The position numbers and the translations under genes are program-made. From a virus (lineage: Duplodnaviria; Caudoviricetes), in IMG/VR virus record IMGVR_UViG_2920951204_000001, positions 1 to 64,000 of that record: DNA of 64,000 nucleotides; one strand, written 5' to 3'. The notes under the pieces were generated by a model. It had not been told where the DNA came from. It worked only from the letters and a program-made list of their open reading frames with translations, and ran no database searches. Each line of letters starts with the position of its first letter. The first letter of the stretch is position 1. This document shows positions 43,151 to 54,212 of this stretch, in pieces.

Positions 43151-43654
43151 CTACTCAACCTTCTTCTCAACCACAACAATTGTGTCATTGTGCCAACCGC
43201 CATGAGGAACAAGTAAAATCTCCTGAATCTCAAAGCCGTACTTTTTACCAATGCCACCGCTATTCCAACTGCAAGTGATTACAATACCATCTTTTTTAAC
43301 AATTCTTCCTATTTGTTCTTTCTGCTTTGACCAATAGGAAGCCTGTGTTGTCTGCATATTTACTGTCTGTCCAAGATTTTTGTAACATTCGCTTACCTGT
43401 CGTGGCGAGTATGGTGGATCGTACAACACGGTATCTACTGAGTTATCATCGAATATCTTTAAGAAATCCAGTGCGTCCATATGATAATCAGTATCATACT
43501 GTGTGTCTAAATCATTCGTTACTGTTGCCAGCTTATTACTATTTGCAAATGGATCAACAATCTTACCTATTGCATATTTCTCAATCAGTTCCTTGATTGG
43601 TTTAATTGAAAATGTGTTACTATTTGGCATCTGCCAGACTCTATTTATTATCAT
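43151..43654 (-). CDS. Small DNA adenine methyltransferase
   Basis: VDPFA and LYDPPYS motifs. Confidence 0.85.
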   Translation of the reverse strand: MIINRVWQMPNSNTFSIKPIKELIEKYAIGKIVDPFANSNKLATVTNDLDTQYDTDYHMDALDFLKIFDDNSVDTVLYDPPYSPRQVSECYKNLGQTVNMQTTQASYWSKQKEQIGRIVKKDGIVITCSWNSGGIGKKYGFEIQEILLVPHGGWHNDTIVVVEKKVE

Positions 43655-43856
43655 TATGTATTAGGAGTAAACGCTGCGTTTTCGGTATACCAAACCTCTT
43701 ACTCCTTTATGTATTTTGTTGTAAAATCACTCGAAAATAGGCACGTCTGCCTAATCGGATGAAAAAAATATTTCATTACTTTACTTTTTTGTTTTGGGAA
43801 CACTTAAACGATTGTTCAAGCTAAGAAAATTTTCTATACCATATTATTCTCTGTTA

Positions 43857-45094
43857 TTATTTATAGATTTTTGGAAGTTTCTTAAATGCTATTACATCTG
43901 TTCTGAAACAAACATTATCCTTATAAATCCTTTTATCTTCTAAACGTGTTTCATTATTATACCCATAAACTTTATATGTATTATAGACATCTAATCGCCT
44001 ATTGTCTTTCCATTGTTTCATCTTTTCATCCCAAAACAAATCCATAACATAAGCCTGATTTGGATCTTTACCATATCTGATTGAACAAATATACCAACCA
44101 CGCTTTTTAGGATTATTCTTTGGGTACGGTTTCCACATATTGAACATTCTCTCACCTCTTCTATACTATATTGTTCTCTTATCAACACTTGTATTCTTTG
44201 AGTAAATCACCATATGACTTATTTGGTGTTATAACAAGATTCATATAATCTACGTTACCACTATTCAATTCTTTCTGAATAGCGTGATAAATATGATACA
44301 TTACTGTTTCTTTGTCTATTCTATCTTCATCTAACAAAAGATTAATTGTAAAACTATTCTGCTTTATGATTCTCACCCCCCTACATATTATATATGATCA
44401 GCATATCTTCCAGTTTTGAAATCTCGTCTTTTAAAGATTCAATTCTGATTCTAACCAATTTGTTAAATCCCTCTACAGCTTCTTCGTATGTATCAGCAAA
44501 GAATCTCGCATATATAGTTACACCATTCTTTTTTAAATCTTTGCCATTTGCTTTATATTCATAGAAATGTTTATCTTCTTTGATTTTACCCTTCACAGGT
44601 TTGCATTTAAGATTTAATGCTCTTTCATCTTCTTGATAAGCAAAAGCCCAAATATCTTTATTGTAATGAGACTCATCAATATTTTGTAAGTTATCAAAAA
44701 CACTATTTCTATTACAATAAATATTTGCACAATATATCATTTTCCACACCTCGCTTTGTTTGAGAATTTGGCTGATTAGCCGTGAATAGAATTGCTTCTA
44801 TATTAGATTATTCTCTACTTTAAACTTCTTTAATTCATCTTGAATCATATTCTGTATATCTTCTTTATCAAAAGATATATTTGCTACTGGAATAACATTT
44901 GCATTTGGATTAACTTCACCAATAATAGTTTCATCAAATGCTTTTATAAACATTTCAGCTATTTCCTTTTCATAATTGCCACACAATCCATTACAGGTTA
45001 TATCTGCAATTACTCTTGAAAAGAAATCTTTGAATTTATCGTCTATAAAATCTCGTTCATATTCTCTTGGTATATCAATCGTTAATTTCACCAT
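43857..45094 (-). other. Four small hypothetical genes (43857-44147, 44182-44376, 44381-44749, 44798-45094)
   Basis: Packed minus-strand ORFs with SDs. Confidence 0.6.
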
Positions 45095-45508
45095 TTCACC
45101 TCACTTATCTTCTTTCCAATCAACCATAATAAATGATAAAAATCCCAAACATGGCTCTATTAATAAAATTTTCCATAATTTAACTGGTTCAGGAAAAATA
45201 AAATTCATTAATAAATTTAATGTCATAAGCCATATTAAAAATCTTATTGTAGATTTATACATGCTATTCTCCTCTTACTTATTCAAAACAATCAGAATGT
45301 TACTTAGATATAAAGCATAGAAGACTAAATACCCACCACCTGCCAAGAATAATAATTTGAACACAAAGTTGACAACATTCTTTTTCGTCCATGTTATCCC
45401 AACAATAAGGTTAAAAATTCCCATAATTAATAAAATAATGTTTAAAATATTCATATTTCACCTCCAAAATTCCTGAAGAAATGTGCGTTTCTTTCTAATG
45501 TAAAATAT

Positions 45509-45556
45509 ATACCATATATAGTATATATCGCTTATTTTTAATACTATATATGGTAT
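45509..45556. promoter_or_regulatory. Tandem NrdR-box-like pair
   Basis: ACCATATATAGT at 45511 and ACTATATATGGT at 45543, 32 bp apart. Confidence 0.6.
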
Positions 45557-45567
45557 ATTTGTAACAA

Positions 45568-45957
45568 TTACTCACTTAATTCTGCAAGTGCCTTATCCAA
45601 ATCCTCATCAGACATATTTTCAAGTGCTGCATCCTGTCTCTTAGCCTTGATTTCAAGCAATCTCTGTCTCATCTCAGCATTTTTCTTAGCATCTTCTCTC
45701 TTCTTTTTCTCATCCAGCTTCACGCCAACAATATACTTAACAATTTCAATCTTGTTAGAAATCTCCTCGTCTTCCTTTGACTTAGTATTCAGAAGACTCT
45801 CTTCCTCAGACTTCTTTACTTCCGCATTGAGTGTCTTAAACACTGAGTCCAGATTTGTGAGAGATAAATCCCACAAATCAATTACATTAATCATCCCTCT
45901 GAATGGGAACTGATAGTTTGCTCTTGTTGCATTAATAAATAATTCGTTGTTTGTCAT
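45568..45957 (-). CDS. Conserved large-phage coiled-coil protein
   Basis: FPFRG...DLWDL motif; coupled to the 687-aa gene. Confidence 0.7.
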   Translation of the reverse strand: MTNNELFINATRANYQFPFRGMINVIDLWDLSLTNLDSVFKTLNAEVKKSEEESLLNTKSKEDEEISNKIEIVKYIVGVKLDEKKKREDAKKNAEMRQRLLEIKAKRQDAALENMSDEDLDKALAELSE

Positions 45958-45978
45958 AATAATAATCTCCTTTTCTAA

Positions 45979-48042
45979 TTAAAACTTAATCTTCATTACA
46001 CGCTCTGTTGCGCCCTTAACCTTAACAACTAAATCTGCTCTCTTTGTCATAGAGAATCCAATTCCTGAAAGCTGATCATCAGTATCTTCTACATGACACT
46101 TAGCACCTAAAGCCTCAAATACTCTCTTGTGCTTCATTAAATCATTGTCAAGGAACTCAAGGTAGAATCCATTAGGTTCTTCGCTATTTACACAATCCTT
46201 CAAGAAGAAGAATAAATGTCTATGACCAATTCCATCCTGCTCGTCAAAATAGTTTGGACTGTAACTAATTACTGATACAGGAACAAACTGATTTGTATTT
46301 ACACCCCAAATCTCACGACTTGAAATAGATGAACTTCCAGACAGCTTTTCCTTAATTGAGAAGTTTCCATCCTTATCAAGTGTAACTTCTGCCACCTGAA
46401 CATTACCAGAAACAGGACTATTGTATTCAAACGCAAAAATCTCACCATTGAATTCAATTTCTGCCTTAAATCCTTTACTTCCTCTTGCTGCATACTGATT
46501 AACAAAAAACTTATAAACACCTGGCTTCATATGAGACATATCTGCCCATGTAATATTTTCCACAGAAGGTTTTCCTGCCATCTGCTCCATAGGATGTGTA
46601 ATATCAATATCTAACTGACCGCCACATCTTGACATACTAGGTTTTCTACAATTTCTGAAATAAATCTCGTTTCCATCAGGTTCTTTGCAATGTGCATCAA
46701 GGTCACTGTTGTCATTTTGTCCCTCATTCCACATGATTGAAAATCTGAGTACACCGTCAACATTACCGCCAGCAGCTTTTACATTCTGCTTCATATCAGA
46801 GTCAGTAATATTTCCTGAATAAGCCCAAGATAATCCATTGTTCCACTTGAACATTGTCTTAGCGTCTGGATTAACAGGTGCAATCATAGAAACAAAGTTC
46901 TTCTCATGTTTATTCTCTACAAAAGCTTCAATCTCTTTTGCGGTTGGAAGTACCTTATCAATGAAATCCTGTGCTGAAATCTCCTCAACCTTAGAAAACT
47001 TCTTAGGACTTACAGCAACATCTTTTTCCATCTGACCAAAAATATCATCTGCACCAACCATTCTTCTTGCAGCACTCTTGTTTGAGAACAGTACATTGTT
47101 TACAGTAATATCGTTCAGATTAGCAAATCTTCTCTGTAATGAATCCATATATCCAAGTTCTGTAATAGTCTTCTTTGCATCCTCAAGCATCTTCTTTGTA
47201 AAAATAGCCTTTGGTCTTTTATAGTTGCTCGGTGCTGTAATCTGCTCATACTTTTTAACTGCTGTGTCAAGATCCATATCCTCACTTACATTAATAAGAA
47301 GTGTTCCAATAGAATGATTTCTAATTCTACCGATAGCCATACCTGCTGTTGCCGACTTCTCCCAAGCATATAAATCCTTTTCAGTATCAGAAGTCAGCTT
47401 ATCGTATTCCTTCTTATACTTCTTGAACTCTGTTAGTACACCTTTCCACTCTTCACCCTTGTAAAGTGTATTTGAATTGATAAGTTCAAGAATTGTATCA
47501 AGTGCTTCCATAGTAATCTCATCAAGAGAACGCTTAAATACATTTCTTGTGTCTCTGAACTGTCCTTTAACTTCCTCATTAGAACGACTACTTCTATTTA
47601 CAAACTTACTTGGAAGTTCTAAGAAGAAATGATCCCACTGATGAGATTTTCCATTGATTTCCTCAAAGTTAAAATCTGTACCAATCTTAGGGAACTTAGT
47701 TGTATAAATATCTGTAACTGTATGAGCTTTTACAAAAGCGTCAAGTGCATCGCACACTGGCTGATATGTTGTATCGCCAAGATTCAGTTCCCAAATCGTA
47801 TGAATCTGGTTATCCTTGATAGTGACAGCAGAACCAATATTCTTAATAAACTGTCTACAACAACTACAATCATGTTCTCTACGCTCTCTGAAAATCTCAT
47901 TTGTACCAGCAGGGAAGCTATCAAGATATGTATTCCATAATTCATCCTTATCTACATTTACCTCAAATAAATGTGTTGCCTCTTTCTGCATTTCATCGAA
48001 GTGCTTCTGTAAAGCCTTCTTAAATTTCATAAATCCATCCAT
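45979..48042 (-). CDS. 687-aa phage protein with YfaP/DUF2135-like segment
   Basis: HDCSCC; DLDAH..EPDG..IYF...GQLDID...ENITW. Confidence 0.65.
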   Translation of the reverse strand: MDGFMKFKKALQKHFDEMQKEATHLFEVNVDKDELWNTYLDSFPAGTNEIFRERREHDCSCCRQFIKNIGSAVTIKDNQIHTIWELNLGDTTYQPVCDALDAFVKAHTVTDIYTTKFPKIGTDFNFEEINGKSHQWDHFFLELPSKFVNRSSRSNEEVKGQFRDTRNVFKRSLDEITMEALDTILELINSNTLYKGEEWKGVLTEFKKYKKEYDKLTSDTEKDLYAWEKSATAGMAIGRIRNHSIGTLLINVSEDMDLDTAVKKYEQITAPSNYKRPKAIFTKKMLEDAKKTITELGYMDSLQRRFANLNDITVNNVLFSNKSAARRMVGADDIFGQMEKDVAVSPKKFSKVEEISAQDFIDKVLPTAKEIEAFVENKHEKNFVSMIAPVNPDAKTMFKWNNGLSWAYSGNITDSDMKQNVKAAGGNVDGVLRFSIMWNEGQNDNSDLDAHCKEPDGNEIYFRNCRKPSMSRCGGQLDIDITHPMEQMAGKPSVENITWADMSHMKPGVYKFFVNQYAARGSKGFKAEIEFNGEIFAFEYNSPVSGNVQVAEVTLDKDGNFSIKEKLSGSSSISSREIWGVNTNQFVPVSVISYSPNYFDEQDGIGHRHLFFFLKDCVNSEEPNGFYLEFLDNDLMKHKRVFEALGAKCHVEDTDDQLSGIGFSMTKRADLVVKVKGATERVMKIKF

Positions 48043-48092
48043 GTTTTGTACCTCTTCTTTCTTATGTTTATTTTTGTTAATTGTTTCTACTG

Positions 48093-49370
48093 GTCAACAA
48101 CCCACAACCTAAAGCTTGATGGGCTTGTAGCTCGATACGACTTCATTATTACATTTAAGGGTGCAACAATTTATTCGTAAGCATAAGCTACCTACCAGGA
48201 CATGAGCTTGCCCCTAAAATTCTTTTTCCCTCTGTTAATATGTTCTTTGCAGCATTAATATCCCTATCATGGGCTGTGCCACATTCTAAACATGTCCATT
48301 CTCTAATCCATAATGGCTTCTTGCCTGTAACACATCCGCAACATGAACAAATCTGTGAACTAGGAAACCATCTATCAATTTTTTGAACAGTACGTCCCTT
48401 ATCTAATGCCTTATATTCCAACATATTCACAAATTCAATCCAACCAACATCAGAAATACTCAATGCTAAATGATGATTTTTCATAAGACCTTTTACATTT
48501 AAATCTTCTAAAGCTATAACTTGGTTCTCGTTTGTAAGCTTATAAGAAATTTTATGTAAATAGTCTTTTCGCTGATTAGCGATATGCTGATGCAACTTGG
48601 CAATTTTTATTTTCTGACGATTATAATTTTTACTTCCTCGTTTCATTTTGCTTAGTTTTCTTTGCTCTCGTTTGAGTTTTGGTAACTCATTTCGTAAAGA
48701 CTGTAATACTGGAAATTTCTCACCATCAGAGCAGATTGCTAAATCTTTTAATCCTAAATCAATGCCTACTTCCTTATTTATTGGTTCTAATTTTTTTAAT
48801 AATTCTTCATCTTTCCATAAAATAGCAATATAAAACTCACCAGTCGGTGTCATAGAAATAGTACATGATTTTGCAATCCCACTTTTATGACGATGATTGA
48901 TAATTTTCACACGTCCTAATTTCGTAATTTTAATATCATTTTCTGTAACTGGATAACCAGAAGTTTGCATTGTTTTATAACTATTTTTAGGATACTTTTT
49001 ACTCTTGTATTTCGGATATCCAAAGTTCTTTTCTTTGAAAAACTTAGAAAACGCTGATTGTAAATCCATTTGTGTAAAACATAATGCAGTAGCATCTACT
49101 TCTTTCAACCATAAAAACTCTTTCTTATAAAAAGCAGGAGTATTAATTTTGCCTTTTTTATTCTTTTCGTAATATTTAATATTATCATGCAAAGCTTGAT
49201 TCCAATACCATCTACAGCATCCAAAAGTTTTTATTATGAGTTGTTTTTGTTCATCAGTAGGATAACATCTTATTTTGTATGCTTTAATAATTTCTCACCT
49301 CCTAATAGTATTTTCTTTTCCACAATTCTACCCATCGGCTAAAGTTAATGGGATATCTGACTAATTTATT
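48093..49370 (-). mobile_element. IS200/IS605-family tnpB-only element
   Basis: Left-end hairpin 49331-49352, right-end hairpin 48101-48123 ending GTTGAC at 48093; no tnpA; left boundary approximate. Confidence 0.8.
48188..49291 (-). CDS. tnpB: TnpB (IS605 type), ATT start
   Basis: Frame extends to [11 protein letters not shown]...[10 protein letters not shown] after AGGAGGTG; GIDLG, LEDL, CSCC/CLEC Zn finger, DRDINAA. Confidence 0.93.
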   Translation of the reverse strand: MIKAYKIRCYPTDEQKQLIIKTFGCCRWYWNQALHDNIKYYEKNKKGKINTPAFYKKEFLWLKEVDATALCFTQMDLQSAFSKFFKEKNFGYPKYKSKKYPKNSYKTMQTSGYPVTENDIKITKLGRVKIINHRHKSGIAKSCTISMTPTGEFYIAILWKDEELLKKLEPINKEVGIDLGLKDLAICSDGEKFPVLQSLRNELPKLKREQRKLSKMKRGSKNYNRQKIKIAKLHQHIANQRKDYLHKISYKLTNENQVIALEDLNVKGLMKNHHLALSISDVGWIEFVNMLEYKALDKGRTVQKIDRWFPSSQICSCCGCVTGKKPLWIREWTCLECGTAHDRDINAAKNILTEGKRILGASSCPGR

Positions 49371-49404
49371 AAGATGTGTTGCCATTACACCACATATGAA
49401 TTAA

Positions 49405-49476
49405 CAGCCCTAGCAGGACTCGAACCTGCAAATCGTGGGATCAAAACCCACTGCCTTACCGTTTGGCGATAGAGCT
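49405..49476 (-). tRNA. tRNA-Gln (TTG)
   Basis: Acceptor AGCTCTA/TAGGGCT, anticodon arm GTGGG-TTTTGAT-CCCAC, T arm GCAGG-TTCGAGT-CCTGC; no encoded CCA. Confidence 0.93.
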
Positions 49477-49721
49477 AGATAGTGTTTTAAGTGTTATCGC
49501 CTCACATTTATTTTAAACAGAAATTGTACCCACAAAGATGAGATAAAAGAATCGCCAGAACCGACTATGTATAAGAATTTCAGATGTTTTCCAATTTCTG
49601 TTGTCTACTTTATTATTCTCTTTTTCTCTTTTAATTTATTAATTCGTAAGAATATTCAATACAATAATATTTATTTTTTTCTATAGAAACAGAAGGTTGG
49701 CTAATTATTGCTCCAAATTTA

Positions 49722-51389
49722 TTAAATCAAAATGTATATAGACCAAATTATTAGTACGATGAAAAGTAAACACATTTCTCCTAGAAAAATAACTGAACAA
49801 ATTTTTGAAATATCATCATCCTCATTAAAAACACCTATGACAATTCCTATTTGTACAAATAAAGGAATTGATATTATAATTGCCTTAATTAATCTAATCC
49901 AATCCATCCATTCCACCATCCTTTACAATATCAATTGCAACCGAAATACCATTAGCATATCCTTTTGCCTCTTCCCATTGTATCGTAGAACCACAAGAAC
50001 ATCTTTTCTTTTCTTCTGCCAACTTTTCCTCTGTTTTTAACTGTTTAATAACCTTATCCACGTCATAATCTGCCGGTCTTGATTTTAAAAATTTAATAAG
50101 ATTATTAATACTGACTAATTTATCTTTCTCTCGTCCCTTGTTCCATTCAAGGATACTTATTAATTCATCTGCGTCTATTAATCTCATTTATAAATCACTC
50201 CAATCTAATTTCTGCCCACAGTAATGGCAATAGTCAGGCTTGTTACCATAAGGGTCTAATACACTGCCTTTCTGACAACTTGAACACATATAATCTCCAC
50301 AATCATCAAATTGTAATGGATGTACAAACACTGGTTTCATTGAAATCTGCTTTTCAAGTGCTGATATTGCCATGCTATGGGATGTTAAACATTTACATGT
50401 ATATACTTCATCATCTGTATATTTTTTAAGAAATTTTACTGCTTCTTTGATTTCCATATTATCCTCCTTAATTCAATACCAATGTTACATCATCTAACAA
50501 CAAAACCTTTTCATCAGGGCTAAAACGAGCTTTAGTTCCTGCATAGTCTTCACTAAGAAACACAGCATTAAATTCATCTGCTATGCTAGTTGTCTTACCA
50601 TTTTCACTGTAAAAATTTTCAGTCTTCATATAATAAAATCTTGCATCATTAGTAAAAATATCTCCAATTACTAAATCACTAAATTTTCTAGTATCATTTC
50701 TATTATCTTCAATCTTCATTTTTCTCGCTCCTTTCTGCTAGTTTTGCATATTTCCAAGATATAATATCATTTCTTACAGAATTGTTTTTGCTCGCCGACC
50801 AGGATGTTCTTCCGTCACAAAACGACCATACGACACCATCTGCAAATTTAGCAAAATATCTATTCATCCATCCTTCATCTTCATCATCTCTAACCAAAAT
50901 CGGTGTATCAACCTTGACTTTCGACCAGTCAACTTTTGGCTCTTTATATTCTGAGAATAGCCACTTTAAGGCTCTATCAGAACAAAGATAATCAGACTGG
51001 TTAAAAAATAAACATTCACGACACTTTGTATTCCCGTCACATCTTTGTAAGTGCCCCTGTGCTAGTGCTAACTTATTAAGGTTTATGACACCTAATTCCA
51101 TTAATTTATCTTTGTATTTCTCAATATTTAACATATTATAATCCTCCTATTATTTCTCCAATCTATATTCCACAATTCTGTGTTCGTTCTGTCCCATACG
51201 ACACATTTTCTTATAAGCAGCTTCTTTATCTTGATAAGCACCACCATGAGAATTGAACGTTATTTCACCTGTATTTATATTCTCTATCGCATACAATACT
51301 TCCGGTCTATTAACTCTTGCTAACTGTTCTGTTTTAATTTTATGTATGATTTTTGCCGTTTCATTTATTGCCTCAACCAAGTCTTGCAT
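49722..51389 (-). other. Six small phage genes (49722-49919, 49894-50187, 50188-50457, 50468-50719, 50709-51134, 51150-51389)
   Basis: Common phage signatures MRLIDAD, ALEKQI..P, VDWSKVKVDTPILVR. Confidence 0.7.
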
Positions 51390-51449
51390 AGTTTTTTTTA
51401 AAATTACTATTATCCATTTATAACCACTCCTTTCTGCAACAAATAATTA

Positions 51450-52725
51450 GTGAACCGCAACCAAGCTAAAGACTTGCTTGCTTCCTAATCAATATCTCTA
51501 ATGAGACAAGTTTACTTAGGCTATCTCGACAGTTCCTGCCGTTCTCATTCTCAAACCTTCATTGAGAATATTTATTGCTGCATTTATATCTCTTTCATGA
51601 TGTATACCACAAATAGGGCAAGTCCATTCTCTTATAGATAATGCTTTTTTACCATCTTTGTGTCCACAATTAGAACATATCTGACTTGATGGATACCAAG
51701 TATCAATCTTAATAACTTCTCGACCATACCATTCAGCCTTATATTCCAACTGTCTTACAAATTCACTCCATGATACATCTGCTATTGATTTTGCTAATTT
51801 GTGATTACTCATCATATTTTTTACACGAAGATCTTCAAGTACAATCGTTTGATTTTCACGAATAATTCTTGTAGATAACTTATGTAAAAAATCTTTTCTC
51901 TGATTAGCAATCTTTTCATGTTGTTTTGCAACTTTTATTCTACATTTCTCTCTGTTGTTACTTCCCTTTTTACAACGAGATAAATCCTTTTGCAACTTTC
52001 TTAATTTCTTTTCAGACTTTCTAAGATATTTAGGATTTTCTATCATTTCTCCATCAGAAGTAATACAGAATTCTTTAATTCCAAGATCAATACCTATTTC
52101 ATTATTACTAATAGGTAATTTTCCCTTCTCGTCTTGATTTACTAAAACAGAAACATAATATTTACCTGAAGGATTTTGAGAAACTGTAACAGATTTAATC
52201 AACCCTTCAAAATCTCTATGTTTCTTAACTCTAACTAAGCCAATCTTAGGAAGTTTAATATACCTGTCAGATACATAAATATTTCCACCTTGATTATTAG
52301 TAGTATAAGAGTGGTTATGATTTTTCTTACTCTTGAATTTTGGAAATCCTGCCTCTGGTCTTTTGAAGAAATTGTTATATGCTGTTTGTAAATTCATCTG
52401 TGCATTCGCTAACGCAAGTGAATCTACTTCTTTCAACCACTCAAATTCTTTTTTATATTGAGCAGGTGTATTATTAAGTTTCTTTTTGGTTTCTTTATAA
52501 TATTCAATCTTATCTGAAAGCATACGATTATAGATGAATCGTACACATCCAAAGCATTTAGTAAAATATTCTTTTTGCTCTTTGTTAGGGTATAATCTAT
52601 ATTTATATGCTACTAATATCTATAATCACTTCCTTTCGTTTATACATTCTCTGTTATTATTCCTTTTATTTTTCGCATTCATCCACTAGGCTGAAGACCT
52701 AGTGGATTTCTGCTATAAACTTTTT
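51450..52725 (-). mobile_element. IS200/IS605-family tnpB-only element
   Basis: Left-end hairpin ATCCACTAGG-N7-CCTAGTGGAT 52681-52707; right-end hairpin 51457-51481 ending GGTTCAC at 51450; left boundary approximate. Confidence 0.82.
51516..52619 (-). CDS. tnpB: TnpB (IS605 type), ATA start
   Basis: Frame extends to [12 protein letters not shown]...FGCVRFIYN; GIDLG, LEDL, CSNC/CPIC, ERDINAA. Confidence 0.93.
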   Translation of the reverse strand: MLVAYKYRLYPNKEQKEYFTKCFGCVRFIYNRMLSDKIEYYKETKKKLNNTPAQYKKEFEWLKEVDSLALANAQMNLQTAYNNFFKRPEAGFPKFKSKKNHNHSYTTNNQGGNIYVSDRYIKLPKIGLVRVKKHRDFEGLIKSVTVSQNPSGKYYVSVLVNQDEKGKLPISNNEIGIDLGIKEFCITSDGEMIENPKYLRKSEKKLRKLQKDLSRCKKGSNNREKCRIKVAKQHEKIANQRKDFLHKLSTRIIRENQTIVLEDLRVKNMMSNHKLAKSIADVSWSEFVRQLEYKAEWYGREVIKIDTWYPSSQICSNCGHKDGKKALSIREWTCPICGIHHERDINAAINILNEGLRMRTAGTVEIA

Positions 52726-54207
52726 AAAGTCATTCTTCATATAGGCAAAATTAATCTTTTGACTAGGACTGAAATTTGATTTTCCATTCTGGTAATCCTT
52801 AATCCAATTCACAAATTCTTCGTCTTTGTTTTCTCTTACCGCAAATCCCATAAGTCCGATTAATGCATTTTTACAGTTTATGTAGACAGGACTATCTATC
52901 CTAACGCAATCGTCAACCATGTCAGAATATAACTCGACATCTTCTGAATCAATTTCTGACGATACAGTTTCTTTACAGAACTCCAAAACTTGTTTATTTG
53001 GGTCATTTTTTACGTCTAACGGTGCATTTTCGTCATCAGATTCCAAATTATTTCCTAATGAAACAGCAGTTTCATTGTCTTCTTCTAAACTATTATTCTC
53101 CATTTCTGTTTCCATTTTTTCAAAATGTAAATATTTCTTCATTAAACATGTAATATGATTAATTTTACATTCAAGCACTGATTTGTCTTTTGTGTGCTTA
53201 TTTACATCTAAATCATTCCATGTTGTTCCGTCGACTTCTATTTCTTTCATATTTGATACAAATTCATTTAAAAATTCACCAAATTTAGAATCTTCTAAAC
53301 CATATTTTGTAAACTTATCAAAAACAACCATCCAAACTGCCATATCTTTCGATACGAATAAGTCTGAAATTTCCTTGTTATCAATCTTGTCCGAATATGG
53401 AGCAATGCGTTTAAAGTATTCTTCAATCTTCTTAAATTCATCTATTGACGAATTGTTATTTAAAAAGTCACACATTTTTTTAGGATCTTTTTTCCATTCA
53501 TCTAAATAAAATACCGCCATAACAGACTCGCTAATAACTCTTTCCCAGATTCCTTTGTGCTTTTCGTTTTCTGTAAGTGCTGTTCCATCTTTAAGAAATA
53601 TACTTGAGTCTTTAATTCTCTTAATTTCATTTGCAAATTTTCCGATATATGTAAGGGCTTTCTGTGATGGATTCATAGCAACATGACTGTTCATTATACT
53701 TACCAATGAAGAAGTTTCTTCTGAAGTACAGTCTTGATATATAGTTGTCATCAATGGGCATTTGTTAAATTGTCTTTTTAATTCATCAGGAAGATCATCA
53801 TATGTTTTCTTTCTTAGATCAAATTCAACAGTTTCCCAAACTATATCTCCATTTTCATCACGAATAATTTTCCCGTTTTCATCAACTTTCTTCTTATTAT
53901 AAGTAACGAATGGATTACGAATAAGAGTTGTGATTTTATATCCGCTATATTTAAATCTTCTAAGTGCTTCTGTTCTGTGTCCACCATCGACAACATATGT
54001 AATTGTTATTCCTGATTTATCTTCTTCTGCGAGAATTAAATTAGGAATACATATTTTTTGCGAGACTGCACTGTAAATTAAATTATTGACGCTTTCATTT
54101 GTCCAGCAGAAATCTCTTTGAACTGCCTGATCTGTTTTAATGGTTTCATTCTGTGCATCATCGATATACTGTCCTATCGTTGTTGGTTCTGTTCTAAATC
54201 CGTTCAT
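52699..54207 (-). CDS. DUF262 (ParB-like/GmrS) domain protein
   Basis: VQRDFCW, IPNLIL, VVDGGHR. Confidence 0.75.
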   Translation of the reverse strand: MNGFRTEPTTIGQYIDDAQNETIKTDQAVQRDFCWTNESVNNLIYSAVSQKICIPNLILAEEDKSGITITYVVDGGHRTEALRRFKYSGYKITTLIRNPFVTYNKKKVDENGKIIRDENGDIVWETVEFDLRKKTYDDLPDELKRQFNKCPLMTTIYQDCTSEETSSLVSIMNSHVAMNPSQKALTYIGKFANEIKRIKDSSIFLKDGTALTENEKHKGIWERVISESVMAVFYLDEWKKDPKKMCDFLNNNSSIDEFKKIEEYFKRIAPYSDKIDNKEISDLFVSKDMAVWMVVFDKFTKYGLEDSKFGEFLNEFVSNMKEIEVDGTTWNDLDVNKHTKDKSVLECKINHITCLMKKYLHFEKMETEMENNSLEEDNETAVSLGNNLESDDENAPLDVKNDPNKQVLEFCKETVSSEIDSEDVELYSDMVDDCVRIDSPVYINCKNALIGLMGFAVRENKDEEFVNWIKDYQNGKSNFSPSQKINFAYMKNDFKKFIAEIH

Positions 54208-54212
54208 ATTAT

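Noticed and set aside
49405-49476. tRNA as a prophage attachment site
   Set aside because: No duplicated tRNA 3' end seen and phage genes continue on both sides
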